Source: Squalus acanthias
Lineage: Eukaryota
Assembly: GCA_030390025.1 (NCBI GenBank)
Contig: CM059432.1
Location: 131,814,001 to 131,878,000, forward strand
Reading direction: 5' to 3'
DNA: 64,000 nucleotides
Shown here: positions 47,701-60,599 of the stretch, piece by piece
Numbering within the stretch: position 1 is the stretch's first letter
How the letters are laid out: each line of letters opens with the position of its first letter
The notes under the pieces: generated by a model
Seen by the model: only the letters and a program-made list of their open reading frames with translations
Databases searched by the model: none
What the model was told of the DNA's origin: nothing
Translations under genes and position numbers: made by a program

Positions 47701-49075
47701 GTCGTATGAGGAGAGATTGGGTTGACTAGGCCTGTATTCACTAGAGTTTAGAAGAATGAGAGGGGATCTAATTGAAACGTATAAAATTCTGACAAGGCTA
47801 GACAGACTGGATGCAGGGAGGATGTTTCCCCTGGCTGCGGGGGGTGGGGGGGGTCTAGAACGAGGGGTCACAGTCTCAGGATACGGGGTAGGACATTTAG
47901 GACTGAGATGAGGAGATATTTCTTCACTCAGGCTGGTGAATCTGTGGAATTCTCTACCACAGAAGGCTGTGAAGGCAAAGTCACTGAATATATTTAAGAA
48001 GGAGATAGATAGATTTCTAGACACTAAAGGCATCAAGGGGTATGGAGAGAGAGCGGGAATATGGTATTGAGATAGAGGATCTGCCATGATCATATTGAAT
48101 GGCGGAGCAGGCTCAAAGGGCTGAATGGCCTACTCCTGCTCCTATTTTTCTATGTTTCTAGAAGTGGGGATGTTTGCTGAGGATTGCACTGTTCAGTTCC
48201 ATTTGCAACTCCTCAGATAATGAAGTAGTTCATGCCCGCATGCAGCAAGACCTGGATGACATTCAGGCTTGGGCTGATAAGTGGCAAGTAACATTCGCGC
48301 CATACAAGTGCCAGGCAATGACTATCTCCAACAAGCAAGATTCTAACCACCGCCCCTTGACATTCAATGGCACTACCATTGCAGAATACCTCACCATCAA
48401 CATCCTGGGGGTTACCATTGACCATAAACTTAACTGAACCAGCCACATAAATACTGTGGCTACAAGAGCATGTCAGAGGCTGGCTATTCTGCAGCGAGTG
48501 TCTCACCTCCTGACTCCCCAGAGCCTTTCCACCATCTACAAGGCACAAGTCAGGAGTGTGATGAATAATCTCCACTTGCCTGGATGAGTGCAGCTCCAAT
48601 AACACTCAAGAAGCTTAACACCATCCAGGACAAAGCAGCCTGCTTGATTGGTACCCCATCCAGCACCTTAAACATTCACTCCCTGCACCACTGGCGCACC
48701 ATGGCTGCAGTGTGTACCATCTATAAGATGCACTGCAGCAACTCGCCAAGGCTTCTTCGACAACACCTCCCAAACCCATGACGTCTACCACCTAGAAGGA
48801 CAAGGGCAGCAGGTACATGGGAACACCATCACCTGCAAGTTCCCCTCCAAGTTACACACCATCCTGACTTGGAAATATATCGCCATTCCTTCATTGTCGC
48901 TGGGTCGAAATCCTGGAACTCTCTCCGTAACAGCACTATGGGGGTACCTTCACCACATGGATTGCAGTGTTTCAAGAAGGCGGCTCACCACCACCTTCTT
49001 GAGTGCAATTAGGGATGGGCAATAAATGCTGGCCTTGTCAGCGATGCCCACATCCCAGGAACGAATAAAAAAAAA
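44780..49075 (+). mobile_element. CR1-group LINE family B (5'-truncated, ends in poly-A), split by a nested CR1
   Basis: GPDNIPAVVLKTCA, NYRPIS and LDIKAAFD at 44855-45752. It resumes as EVGMFAED at 48161 and ends GAATAAAAAAAAA. Confidence 0.85.
45753..48160 (+). mobile_element. 5'-truncated CR1 nested in family B; ORF2 disrupted
   Basis: ORFs 45779, 46472 and 47327 match the 19244 protein; tail ends TTCTATGTTTCTA. Confidence 0.92.
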
Positions 49076-49343
49076 TTCTCATTCATTTTTGTTTTGAATA
49101 ATAAACTTAGCTAATATACTATTCTGCCCCTGATCCACCATTCACGTAGAGCTAACACCCAGAGCACTAAAAACCTAGATTGGCTGAAGACATCTTCAAG
49201 GTGTATTTTTTAGCCAATTGGGAGACTGATTATTGAAGTTTGATGCATCATTAGTGACCAGGTGACACTGCAGACATATTTGTTGTGCTAACTTAAGTGG
49301 AAATACTTGACTGGATAATTCATCAGCGCCCTAAGTAAGCCAC

Positions 49344-50027
49344 TTACTGCTGTGGGAGGTGGCAGAGCTCTGTGACCACGTCCTTGGTGAAGCGGAGCCT
49401 TCTAAGACACTGCTTCTCAGTGAGATTGATGTAGGAGAAATGCTGCCGGAATACCCTGTGAGGGTAAGGCCTCCTGTTGAGAGCCCTGTTGGCCCTCCTC
49501 CCTCTGGCCACGTTTTGCAATCTTTCTCTCTGCCTCCGCTGCCTCCGACGTTGATGCTGGAGGGCCAGGTCCAGTGCCAGTACAGCCCCCATTAAAGTAT
49601 GGAAATGTTGCACTTTAAAATCTCATGAAAGTGAGTAATTTTTCTGAGGCAGAAGACTCCTTCAAGTGAAAAACGCTGGAATCGCTCAAAACGCCTGGTT
49701 GCTTTTGTCAAACTGACATGGCAGCATTCTTTGCCGACTAAAAATAAAACGGAAGTTGACGCCTTTATATAGCGCTCCTCCAGCGCTCATCCGACTGCAT
49801 ACCGCCTCCTCTGCCTGTCGTTGCTAATAGCAGGTGCTCAGACAAGGGGCGAGAGTGAATTTCTGAGCCGGGGCGCTGCGCAGCCAGATTACGTCACGAT
49901 CTCCGGCTGCAGGAGAGTGTGGTGCTAGTGGGTACCACCGCCACAAACCTCCACTTCAATTTTGCGGTCGGCGGTACTAGCCCCGGAGGTGCTAACGGGA
50001 GGCGCTAAGGTACCGAATTTCTCCCCC
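49344..50027 (-). mobile_element. Harbinger end fragment with the N-terminus of a HARBI1-like transposase
   Basis: ORF 49344..49613 RPYPHRVFRQHFSYINLTEKQCLRRLRFTKDVVTELCHL. Terminus ACCGAATTTCTCCCCC matches the MITE TIR at 8587 and 39808. Confidence 0.8.
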
Positions 50028-50222
50028 GTTGAACTTTCACAGCAGAGGCGAATTTTGTTGATGCATGTTGTGTGGTTGGCAGCCTCTGTTCTTTGTCCCT
50101 TAAATGTTGACACTCAGGTGGGGGCAGGGTAGGTTGGGATGGGGAAGGGGTAGAAGAGCAGTGGGTGAATTAAAAAAAAAACAAGTCTTTCACCAACTCA
50201 CCACAACTGTGATAACTTAATA

Positions 50223-50313
50223 CAATAGCAAAATACTGCGGATGCTGGAAATCTGAAATAACAACAGAAAATGCTGGAAACACTCAGCAGGCCAGGCAGC
50301 ATCCGTGGAGAGA
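50223..50313 (-). mobile_element. Penelope-like family B tail insertion
   Basis: Perfect 13-bp TSD TGATAACTTAATA (50210-50222, 50314-50326). Reverse complement of about 35730-35820. Confidence 0.75.
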
Positions 50314-50857
50314 TGATAACTTAATATCTTGATTTAGTGACCCCCAAAAAGAAAAAATCAAATCCTCTCTACATGCCTACACATTTCACACAAAAATAAT
50401 AACAACTGTGGCCATTATAGGATTAAGCATTTTTATTTTTTTTCTCTCAGCTACAAGCTGTGTCCAACTGAATGGGCAAACAGAGAACCTCTGCCAGTGC
50501 TTCTATGTAATTAGTTGTTGGGAGTTGTATGAGTGGCCCAGGACTCCAGGGTGAACTCTTTGATTCTTTGCACTGCCCCTGTGGCAAAGTGCTTGTGTTC
50601 CCCATAGCAATTCTGCATGACTGAGATTGACAACTCATCATGTGAAGGGCCATGAGCAGAGGCCTGCAACTTACAATCCCTTGGTGTTGCTTGTTGGTGC
50701 TTCAAAGCTGTCCACCCTGCAACCTTATAAAGCTTTAATCATCTAGAGGTGGAGATGCCCAAGTTACTTTTTAAATTTCAAAATAAATCATTTTTGAGAC
50801 AATATTGCTGCAATATATCTAATTGTATGGTAATATAAATGCAACAATGCTTGATGT

Positions 50858-51980
50858 TAACTAAGGTAGAAGCCCGTGGAATTAAAGGCACATTATTGAC
50901 CTGGTTAGGAAATTGGCTGAGCGGCAGGAGACAAAGAGTAGGGATAATGGGCAGGTACTCTAATTGGCAGGATGTGACTAGTAGTGTCCCGCAGGGCTCT
51001 GTGTTGGGGCCTCAACTATTCACATTATTAATTAATGACTTAGATGATGGCATAGAAAGCCATATATCCAAATTTGCCGATGACACAAAGATAGGTGGCA
51101 TTATAGGCGGTGTAGATGGAAGCATAAAATTACAAAGTGATATTGATAGATTAAGTGAATGGGCAAAACTGTGGCAAATGGATTTCAATGTAGGCAAATG
51201 TGAGGTCATCCACTTTGGACCTAAAAAGGATAGAACAGGGTACTTTCTAAATGGTAAAAAGCTAAACACAGTGTCCAGGTTCCAGGCACATAAATCATTA
51301 AAGTGTCATGAATAGGTACAGAAAATAATCAAAAAATGCTAATGGAATGCTGGCCTTTATATCTAGCGGATTAGCGTACAAGGGGGTAGAAGTTATGCTG
51401 CAGCTGTACAAAACCCTGGTTAGACCACACCTGGACTATTGTGAGCAGTATTGGGCACCACACCTTAGGAAGGATATATTGGCCTTGGAGGGAGTGCAGC
51501 ATAGGTTTACCAGAATGATACCCGGACTTCAAGGGTTAAATTACAAGGAGAGATTACACAAATTAGGGTTGTATTCCCTAGAGTTTAGAAGGTTAAGGGG
51601 TGATCTGATCGAAGTTTTCAAGATATTAAGGGGAACAGATAGGGTAGATAAAGAGAAACTATTTCCGCTGGTTGGGGATTCTAGGACTAGGGGGCATAGT
51701 CTAAAAATTAGAGCCAGACCTTTCAGGAGTGAAATTAGGAAACACTTCTACACACAAAGGGTGGTAGAAGTTTGGAACTTTCTTCTGCAAACGGCAATTG
51801 ATGCGAGATCAATTGTTCATTTTAAATCTGAGATTGATAGCTTTTTGTTCACCAAAGTTATTAAGGGATAGGGGCCAAAGGCGGGTATATGGAGTTAGAT
51901 CGCAGATCGGCCATGATCTCATTGAATGGCGGAACAGGCTCGAGGGGCTGAATGGCCTCCTCCTGTTCCTATGTTCCTGT
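50858..51980 (+). mobile_element. CR1 RT/3' fragment
   Basis: ORFs 50839..51315 ([13 protein letters not shown]) and 51347..51871, followed by the CR1 tail. Confidence 0.9.
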
Positions 51981-52144
51981 GTAGGTTGGCTGTTATCTCT
52001 GGTAATAAAGGGTATTAGATAGAGGCAGCAGCTTACATTTTCCAGAAGTGGCAAAGTTTTGTGCCAAAATGGTAGAAGCAAAATTACTCAAGAATAACTA
52101 TGTGGACCTTGATTAAGTTAACAGTGAAGATCTTTAAAGAATAT

Positions 52145-54423
52145 GGCCTAGAAATTCGATAGAGCGGCAAAATGGCCGATGCCACCGTGGGGCGAGGTTA
52201 ACTCCCGCCCGTAAAAAGAGAGCAGGCAGCTCTGTTACTTTGTTGCTGCCTGCTCATTTAAATAATCAGAGCACAGAACCTACCATGCTTCGGACGGTAG
52301 TCTCAGCAGGAGACCGAATGTAGCATGGTGGTAGCGCCCCTGGAGCAAGGCAGCGTTGTCTTAAAGCTAGCCTAACATTTTAGAAAGCAGTCTCGAGCCC
52401 TTAAAGGGGAACTGCCTTCTAAACTGAAAAAAATAAAAATCATTTAAAAATAGGCAGTCTAGCTCTTAAAGCTAAACTGCCTTCTGCGCATAAAAAAATA
52501 GTAAAAGTGCTTCAGCACTAACACAAATGGCTCAACAAGCCAGGGAAAGGGCACCCAGGGGCTCACACACAGTGCTCCAGCTTTGTTCAGGAGGTCAATA
52601 CTGCAAGAGAGGTCTTCTACCCACAGGGGGCCAGGAGGCCCTCCAGAAAGAACGATGTGGGACCAGATCGCCAAGGCCGTCACTGCCAGCAGTGTCACCG
52701 CCCCCACCCAGGGCTTGGCTCCAGTGCCCAAAGAAGTTTCATGACCTCAGACCAGTGGTCAAGGTCAGTGAATGCATCTTCAAAAGCCGTCTCCTACCAA
52801 CTGCACCACTAGCCTCACACACTGCTCGTTGCACGACTCCCCCGCCCCCATCACTCACCTACCAACAATCTGTACCAAGCACAAGGCACAACTTACATTC
52901 CTAGCTTCACCTCACCCCCTTGGGGGAGACGGTGCTGGCCATTCTTGGCAGGGGCATGGCTGAGCCCTTGGCCAGCGGCGGGGCTGAAAGAATACAAGAT
53001 GCTGGGATCCTCATACGTTATCCTCCTTCTCACATCCCACTTCCCCCTCATCACACAATAGCTTCTGATTTACAAGCTGCGCATGGTGTAAGCATGCAGC
53101 TCTTGCTTTCCCTCCATCCCCTCACCATAACTCTACCCTTGTGCCTTCCTCATCTCATACACCCAAGAAATCCAGCCTGCCCAGCCAGTAGTTGACCAAG
53201 AAGAGGGAGAGGAGAGTGAAGAAGAAGGAGAAGAAGCACCATCACTCGATTTCACACTCCCAGCCACCAGCTCCTCAAGGTCATCCTGCAAGGACATCTG
53301 TGAAAGTCAGCAGCCTTCCACCAGCCATGCTGCAGCCACTGGGTTAGCACTGCATTACATCAGTAGGATAGGCAAAGGCATACACAAGACAGTCACTAAG
53401 GGAAATACACAAGGGTGATTATTTGATTTCTTGATGTCATATTGAATGCATATATGGATAAAGTTGGATTGGAAAGTTTGCTTTGCAGTGGCTTTCATTT
53501 CAGCATTTTAGCCAAGAGGACGCTGTGATGGTCAGTAACAGAGGGAAGGTAAGGTATAGGACAAATGTTGAAAGGGGAATTGGGGTTGTGGTCACTGGTA
53601 CCACAGGCAGATGATTCCATCCCGGATATCTCAGCCAGAAAGGGGCTGTCTGGGTTGCATCCTTCCTTCTGCTTCCTCCTCTTCTGCTTCTTCCACTTCC
53701 CTCTGTGAGCAGCTTGTCCCCTTTGCTGCCTCTGCTTCATCTCCATGTGCCCCCCAGAACTGTGAGCAAGTGGTCTTCTCAGAGGCAAACTACTGCAGAT
53801 GCTGGAAATCTGAACTAAAAGCAGAAAATGCTGGAAATACTCGGCAGGTCAGGCAGCATCTCGGCCTGAGACGTTAACTCTGTATCTCTCTCCACCGATG
53901 CTGCCTGACCTGTTGAGTTTTTCCAGTATTTTCTGTCTTCTCAGAGGCCTTCCTTTACCATCGAAAGCCTTGCAAGCATCCGGCTGCACTCCCTGCACAC
54001 TTTAACAACTTTTTAAATCTATTGCACCAAGTCACTATTTCAATAAAATATTTTTTTAAAGTCCAAAAGCTGAAATCCAAACTTACATGAAAGATGTGTG
54101 TGTCCCTTTAAGAAACGCTAACAGTGTCTCTGCAGGGCTGCTTCAAGCACTTTTTTCTGTGCGTATTCAGGACACAGCGTTCTGGAGAGTGAGAACGTCC
54201 AAATTAGCAGTCATGACGTCAAAGCAGGCGTTGCATGCCGATTGAAGTCATGATCTGTTTACTTAAATTTGAGAGGCCAACACTGTCAACGGCAGCGCGG
54301 TGGCCCTCACCAAAATGGCCGCCGCCGTGTCCCGCGCCGAAAGCGGGTGGAAGCGAAGCGGCCACTATTTTTTCAACAAAACCGGCCTTAACAGCCGGCG
54401 CTATAACATCGAATTTCTAGGCC
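52145..54423. mobile_element. Defective PIF/Harbinger transposon with Myb/SANT-like ORF remnant
   Basis: Perfect 16-bp TIRs GGCCTAGAAATTCGAT / ATCGAATTTCTAGGCC; TSD TAT. Frameshifted MAQQARERAPR...WDQIAKAV...RAWLQCPKKFHDL from 52527. Confidence 0.88.
53787..53934. mobile_element. Fold-back Penelope-like family B insertion
   Basis: Perfect 14-bp TSD GTCTTCTCAGAGGC (53773-53786, 53935-53948); internal inverted arms. Confidence 0.75.
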
Positions 54424-54794
54424 TATGTTGCTTTCCTTTCAGTTGGGTTAACACAATAAAAGATAATATGGCTTTGTTTTCTAATAACTAAGGATAAATA
54501 AGTCAAGAATATTTCAGACCCTCTTCATATCCTTCAGATATGCTTCACTGCAATGTTCACTAGTGGAGCCAGTGAATAAGTTTCATTCTTTTCAATGTTG
54601 GATTTGAAATAATGCTAATATAAATAACATAACTACAATGCTTTTTTTTAGTAAGAATTATAACGTGCAACCAAAATAACTTGTACAGTCTCACGGCATG
54701 GCTCCAATGCCAGAGCGTCAGCCTCCCATCTAAGATGGCTTGAGTTCATAGCCTAACGTTGCCTTGAATTTGAACTGTCTTCTCCCTATGCAAA

Positions 54795-55422
54795 AGCTAG
54801 CGGACAGGTACAAAAAGCAATCAAAAATGCTAATGGAATGTTGGCCTTTATCTCAAGGGGGTTGCGATACAAAAGGGAGGAAGTTATGTTTCATTTGTAT
54901 AGAGTCTTGGTCAGACCCTATCTGGAGTACTGCATTCAGTTTTGGGCACTGCGCCACACCGCAGAGAGGCTATATTGGCCTTGGAGGGGGTGCAGTGCAG
55001 ATTCACCAGAATGATACCGGGGCTTAGAGGGTTAAATTGTGAGGACAGGTTGCATAAACTTGGTTTGTATTCTCTTGCGTGTAGAATGATAAAAGGATTC
55101 GATGGAGTAGATAAAGAGAAACTATTTCCTTTGGGGAAATCCAGAACAAGTGGGCATAATCTTAAAATTAGAGCCAGCCAGAGTGAAATCAGGGTGTTAG
55201 AAATCTGGAACTCTCTTATTTTCCACCCCTCCTCTCTAAAATGATTGTGGATCCTGATCAGTTGAACCTTTCAAGACTGAGATCGCTAGATTTTCGTTAG
55301 GTAAGTGTATCAAGGGATATGGAACAAAGGTGGGTAAATGGGGTTGCGGTACAGATCAACCATGATCTAACTGAATGGCAAAACAGGCTTGAAGGGCTGA
55401 ATGGCCTACTCTTGTTCCTATG
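54795..55422 (+). mobile_element. Degenerate CR1 3' fragment
   Basis: LEGVQCRFTRMIPG and the CR1 tail. Confidence 0.8.
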
Positions 55423-56405
55423 TTGCTTATGTAGCAGCTTTTTAAGAGCTGTTCCACTGCCGATTCCATCTGCCGCCCCCACCCACCCCCCTCCCCAGGT
55501 GACTCAACATTCCTTATGCACAGAATAACCATGCAAGATTATTATTTAAATTGTGTGATTTGGCTGATCCCATGAGATCCAGTAGGGTTAGGCTGCCTCT
55601 CGACTAGTGCGTGTGTGTATGTGAGTGTTGGGCCGCCTTTTGGACCAGCTGTGGAATCGAACTGTAATGTTCAATTTTTATAGAAGTAGTTTCAGAAATG
55701 TCAAACTTTTGCATTTGCAAACATTGCACCACTGACTCTGGATTGACTTAAAATATTTTCAAGATTTGTAAAGGAAAAATGCATGCCATGTGATTTTTTT
55801 TTAGCAGTTTAGAGTGCTGATCTATAACATGACAGGACCTATACAAACGTCAGCAGGTTAAAAATAAATTGACTACCTTGCAATTCTGAAAGTGCTGCCA
55901 AATCAATTTGATTTTTTTCAGTGGCTTGGCAGGAGAACTAAAGAAAATGCTTGGTACTATTTCAACAGAACAGATTGACCCAAGGAGTGACTTGAGCTTT
56001 CAGTCTGCATTAATACCCGATGCAAAGTAACTAGATAGTGCCTAATAAGCTGTTACTGCAAATATCTGAGATGGAATGCCACCTAAAATATCTAGTCCTT
56101 TTTCAACTGTCTACGCTGTTCTCTGAGGATTTAGCAGCTCTCTCACCGAAGGCACAGCAAGTGGTTGGGAGAACTACCGTAGAAACTCAGGGCCCTTGAC
56201 TTTAGATCATGTTCAACTAGAATTGTTAATTCTGATGTTGTTCCTGACCACTTGGCACTTGCTGATCTAACACATAGATTTCAAAGTGCCGAGTATTGGA
56301 GGTTGCAAGAAGAGAATAGAAAATTAGATTGCAGATAGCAGCAAGAGATGCACAGATTTTATTTTAGCACAGTCATACGGTCATAGAGAAGGATTTGAAG
56401 ACCAG

Positions 56406-56696
56406 ATAAGAACATAAGAAATAGGAACAGGACTAGGTCATACGGCTCCTCAAGCCTGCTCCGCCATTCAATAAGATCATGGCTGATCTTCTACCTCAAC
56501 TCCACTTTCCCGCCCTATCTCCATATCCCTTGATTCCCTTAGTGTCCAAAAATCTATCGATCTCAGTCTTGAATATACTCAACGACTGAGCCTCCACAGC
56601 CCTCTGGGCTAGAGAATTCCAAAGATTCACACCCTCTGTGTGAAGAAATTTCTCCTCATCTCAGTCCTAAATGGCCGACCCCTTATCCTGAGACTA
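56406..56696 (-). mobile_element. CR1 3' fragment
   Basis: Nearly identical to 60600-60880. Confidence 0.85.
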
Positions 56697-58699
56697 CTAA
56701 GTCCTTTAAGTGATAAGTTGAGTAGAAATATTAAGACGTATCAGGCAGGAATTGGCAGGTGCATTAAATAAACGCTTCGCATTCATCTTTAGTGAAGACT
56801 CTGAATCGTTTCTAGAGCCAGTTAGTTTGGCACAGGAATATGTAACATATAGAAGTCAGTAAAGCATATATGATGGAGAAGCACAAGGAATCAGAAAGGT
56901 GATTTTTCATTACCAGCACTATTTAGACTTTTTTGCTTATTTGCTGGAGTAAAGCTAACCAGCAACATGGTGGAATGACGCTCCCAATTTTGCATGGTCA
57001 ACTCATTTGAATATGGATTTATGCTGCCTCTGCAGCTTTGGCCTTGTGCAAGGGAGTAATCCTAATGGAGAATGCAGAAAATCTGGTCAGCAGGTCCAAA
57101 TTAAAGGGCTGTGTGCGCTTACTGGTAAGTGGCAGCATATGGGGGCCAATATGGTTTCAGCCTTCCTAAAGTTTCAAAATGAATTTTATATATTTGCCGG
57201 TCTTTGCCAAGAATTGGGGAGGAGTGGTGCAGAAGTGCCAGGCATAAATACGGCGCAATAAACCCCAATGCGAAGGCACAAAACTGGTTCTGTGGGATAG
57301 TGGCAGAACTGCAACCCCCATTAGATGCCCGGAGAAGAAACCTGCAGCTGTATGATGTGTGTAAACCGGGTTTCCGCCAAACTTCCGGCCAAGTTACGCC
57401 GGTGGAGGGTAAGAAGCTCTGAGGAAATTCAGCCCCGTAGTCATTTCACACCAAGATTTTGCATTATGTCTTCTGCTTGTCTTTGTTTTTCTGCAACAGA
57501 AACATTTCTGCGAGACAGATTAGACTTATTTCTTTATTTACTTAAAAGGAGTTGGTACTGAAAAATATGTCAATATTTATATCTCTACAAATTTCTCTGA
57601 AAATACTTGTATGCATGGTAGCACCTGAGATTGCAGGTTCCACCACCAGTTGTGTTTTTGCCTTAAGGCTTTTACATGGGTTGATTTAAGTTCTAATAAC
57701 TATAAATCTGCATTAATAGCTGGAAGAGATTTGTTTTCATTTCATGTTAGAGGAGGAGCATTTTGAAAATAATTTTTGAGCTCCTTTCAAATTTCAAAGG
57801 TATGTTCTTGCAGAGTGAGATAAGATTAATTGTGACAGGAGTTGTTAGTAATTTCCTTTTCTTTCTGAAGGAGAGAAAGGCTACATATTTAATAAATTCC
57901 TTTTTTCTTTAAATCGCAATGGTAAGGGCCTGGAAATTCCCAATGAGGATGCAATGGCGGCAGATCCCCCACTGGGATGGGGCTTCTGCCCGCCCCTTGG
58001 TTGTACCCCTCACCCTGGTCCATATCCTGGGGTCAGAGCCGAATGCAATCAGTCGTTCTGCAACCAATTACATTAGGGAAACTGGCCAGTTAGACTTTAG
58101 CCTCCATTCCCCACCCCCCCCCCCCACCCCCGTAAGACTGTCAGCAACCCTTGTTGCCAGGGATGTACAGGCAGCCCTTGTGCCCAGTGTTACTAAGGTG
58201 CACATGATGAAAAACACTTTGTGTGATGTATTCCCGTCATTTGCCTCTCATTATTTTAAGCTCACCCGTACTGGAAGTGCTGGCTAGTTGAATGAATTAT
58301 ATACAGTATAAATGGAGCATTCCAGTATCTGGTAGAACAACTCCCTCCCCTGCCTGCCCAGGTTATGTTGCTGCCTTCCAGGCCTGATCCTGCCAGAGTA
58401 TATGAGGTCAGTGGAGGTCATTTCACGAGCATGGGGCAGGCGAGCATCACTATGGGCGCATCTCTGGTACCTGCCTGCCTCATGCAGCCAGATACTCCAG
58501 CACCCACCTGCTATAGTTAGGAGGTGGTTTGCTCAGATCTTCTCTCCACCCTACACTTGAAGTGTACTCCTAAGCCCCCCTCCCCGCCTCTCGTTAAGGG
58601 AGCTGATCTAGAAAAAATATTGCTCCTTTCTTCAGGGGTCTTTTGAAATGTAGTCATTGTTGTAATGTAAGCAATGTTAATGAAGCATGTGACCTCTAT

Positions 58700-59345
58700 T
58701 TGACGCAAGACTTTAATTTTCCTGGAATTCAGTGGCACGATGATTTACCCTCTGTTGTGGTAGGAAGTGCAACTGAAAGATTTGTTGAAAATATACAAGA
58801 CTGTTTCCTGACTCGGCACGTCAAAAAGCAAACCGGGGTAATCATATACTAGATCTAGTGTTTAGTATTGAGCCTAACCTGGTATCAGGCCTCTATGTGG
58901 GAGAATACCTGGGCAACGGTGACCACAATATTATACAGTTTCAATTGGCTGGTCAAACCAAAGGTACTGAAAATCTACAATTCATTACAGATTACAGAGG
59001 GCCAACTTTACAAAAATAGCAGAAGATTTGGAACAGGTTAATTGGTTAACCCGACTGGGTGGTGATGGAACCGATGCAGAATATAAATGGAATTTTTTAA
59101 AGAACAAAATAAAACATGTTGAAGACATGTATGTGCCCAAAGTCAAAGGAAGGGAGTGTGGGAAGAAAAAGCCAAGGTGGCTGACTGGTCATGTACAAAG
59201 ACAAATAAGATGTAAACAAAAATGTTTCTACAAACTAAAGTCATACAATACTCGTCAAAACTAAGATAGATACCAGGAACAGCCAAAGAAAACTCAGGCT
59301 GCTATTAGATCAGCTAAAAGACTAATGGAAACGTGGATCGTGGAC
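58700..59345 (+). mobile_element. Degenerate CR1 endonuclease-end/linker fragment
   Basis: DFNFPGIQW, LDLVF, DHNII and KKPRW remnants. Confidence 0.7.
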
Positions 59346-59359
59346 AATTGTGGTAGTAA

Positions 59360-60576
59360 TGCACAGTGCGGTCTGCACAGAGCGGGATTAAACAGAGTGG
59401 ACTTGAACAGAGTGCTTTGTTTGGGAATTTGGAAAGAGTGGGAATTTCTGGTAAGTATTGGGTAAGTAGAAGCTGTAAAAAGTGAAATTTAGTTTAAGAT
59501 TTTGATTTTAACATAGAAATTTAAAACTTTAAAAACTGTGGTTAACAGAAGCTGACTGTCAGCGGCAGTAAACGGTCAGTCAGGTGTAGCTGCTTGAATC
59601 ATCACTTGTAAACTGGGTGCAGCTGCAAGTGTGGTCTTGAACAGAGTGCGCTCGTTGGGAATTTGGAAAGAGTGGGAATTCGGAGAAGAGAGGGAAGATT
59701 TTTGCCTACACTACTTGTAGTGCATTGTGTAGATATTTAATTTCAGTACCCTTAACTTAATCTAGATCAAGTAAGTGGTCAGGAAACTACATTGTAAACT
59801 AAGTTACCTAATTACAAATGTAATTAAATTTACTTAAATAAATCAAGGTCATATAGGGATGGCAGTACAGGTGGTGTGCCACAACTGCAGCATGTGGGAG
59901 TTTGTGGAGAGCATTGTGATCCTGGACAACCATGTTTGCAGTAAGTGCCTGCATCTTGAGGAACTTCAACTCAGAGTTTTTGAGCTGGAGTCTGAGGTGC
60001 AGACATTGTGGGGCATCACGGATGGGGAGAGTTATCTGGACACTTTGATCCAGCAGGCAGTCATACCCCTTACGTTAGGTAGTAGTACAGGTCTGGTTAG
60101 TGGTCAGGGACAGGAGGGTGTGACTGCAACTCAGGCAGGTAAGGGGACCCCAGGTGCAGTGCTGCAGGAGCCTCAAGCTTTGCCCTTGTCCAACAGGTAT
60201 GAGGTTCTTGCTGCCTGTGTGGATGACGGAAAAGCCAGTAGGATGGATGAGCAAGCTGACCATGGCACCATGGTGCAGGAGGCCATTCAAGTGGGGGGAG
60301 TGAAAGGGAATGTAGTTGTGGTAGGGGACAGTATAGTCAGGGGGATAGATACTGTTCTCTGCAGCCGCGACCGAGAGTTCCGAAGGTTGTGTTGCCTGCC
60401 AGGGTTAAAGACATCTCCTCGTGGCTGGAGAAGAACTTGGAGTGGGAGGTGAAGGATCCAGTTGCCGTGGTCCACGTAGGAACCAACAACATAGGTAGAA
60501 CTAGGAATGAGGTGCTGCTGAGGGAGTTTGAGGAGCTAGGATCTAAATTAAAAAGCAGAACCTCAAAGGTAATAAC
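59360..60576 (+). mobile_element. CR1 5'UTR plus ORF1 (Zn-finger-like and SGNH esterase), truncated
   Basis: ATG 59859 CHNCSMWE...HVCSKC, then VVGDSIVRG and HVGTNN. UTR has a direct repeat near 59403 and 59637. Confidence 0.85.
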
Positions 60577-60599
60577 TGAAGTCCCTCATCCCTGGTACC

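Noticed and set aside
50430..50560. Acceptor-like tract and GPGLQGE codons
   Set aside because: No continuous Gly-X-Y frame from the AG.
57850..57900. Possible collagen exon after tttctgaag (GEKGY...)
   Set aside because: Gly-X-Y stops after two triplets, the phase does not fit, and there is no donor at the expected distance.
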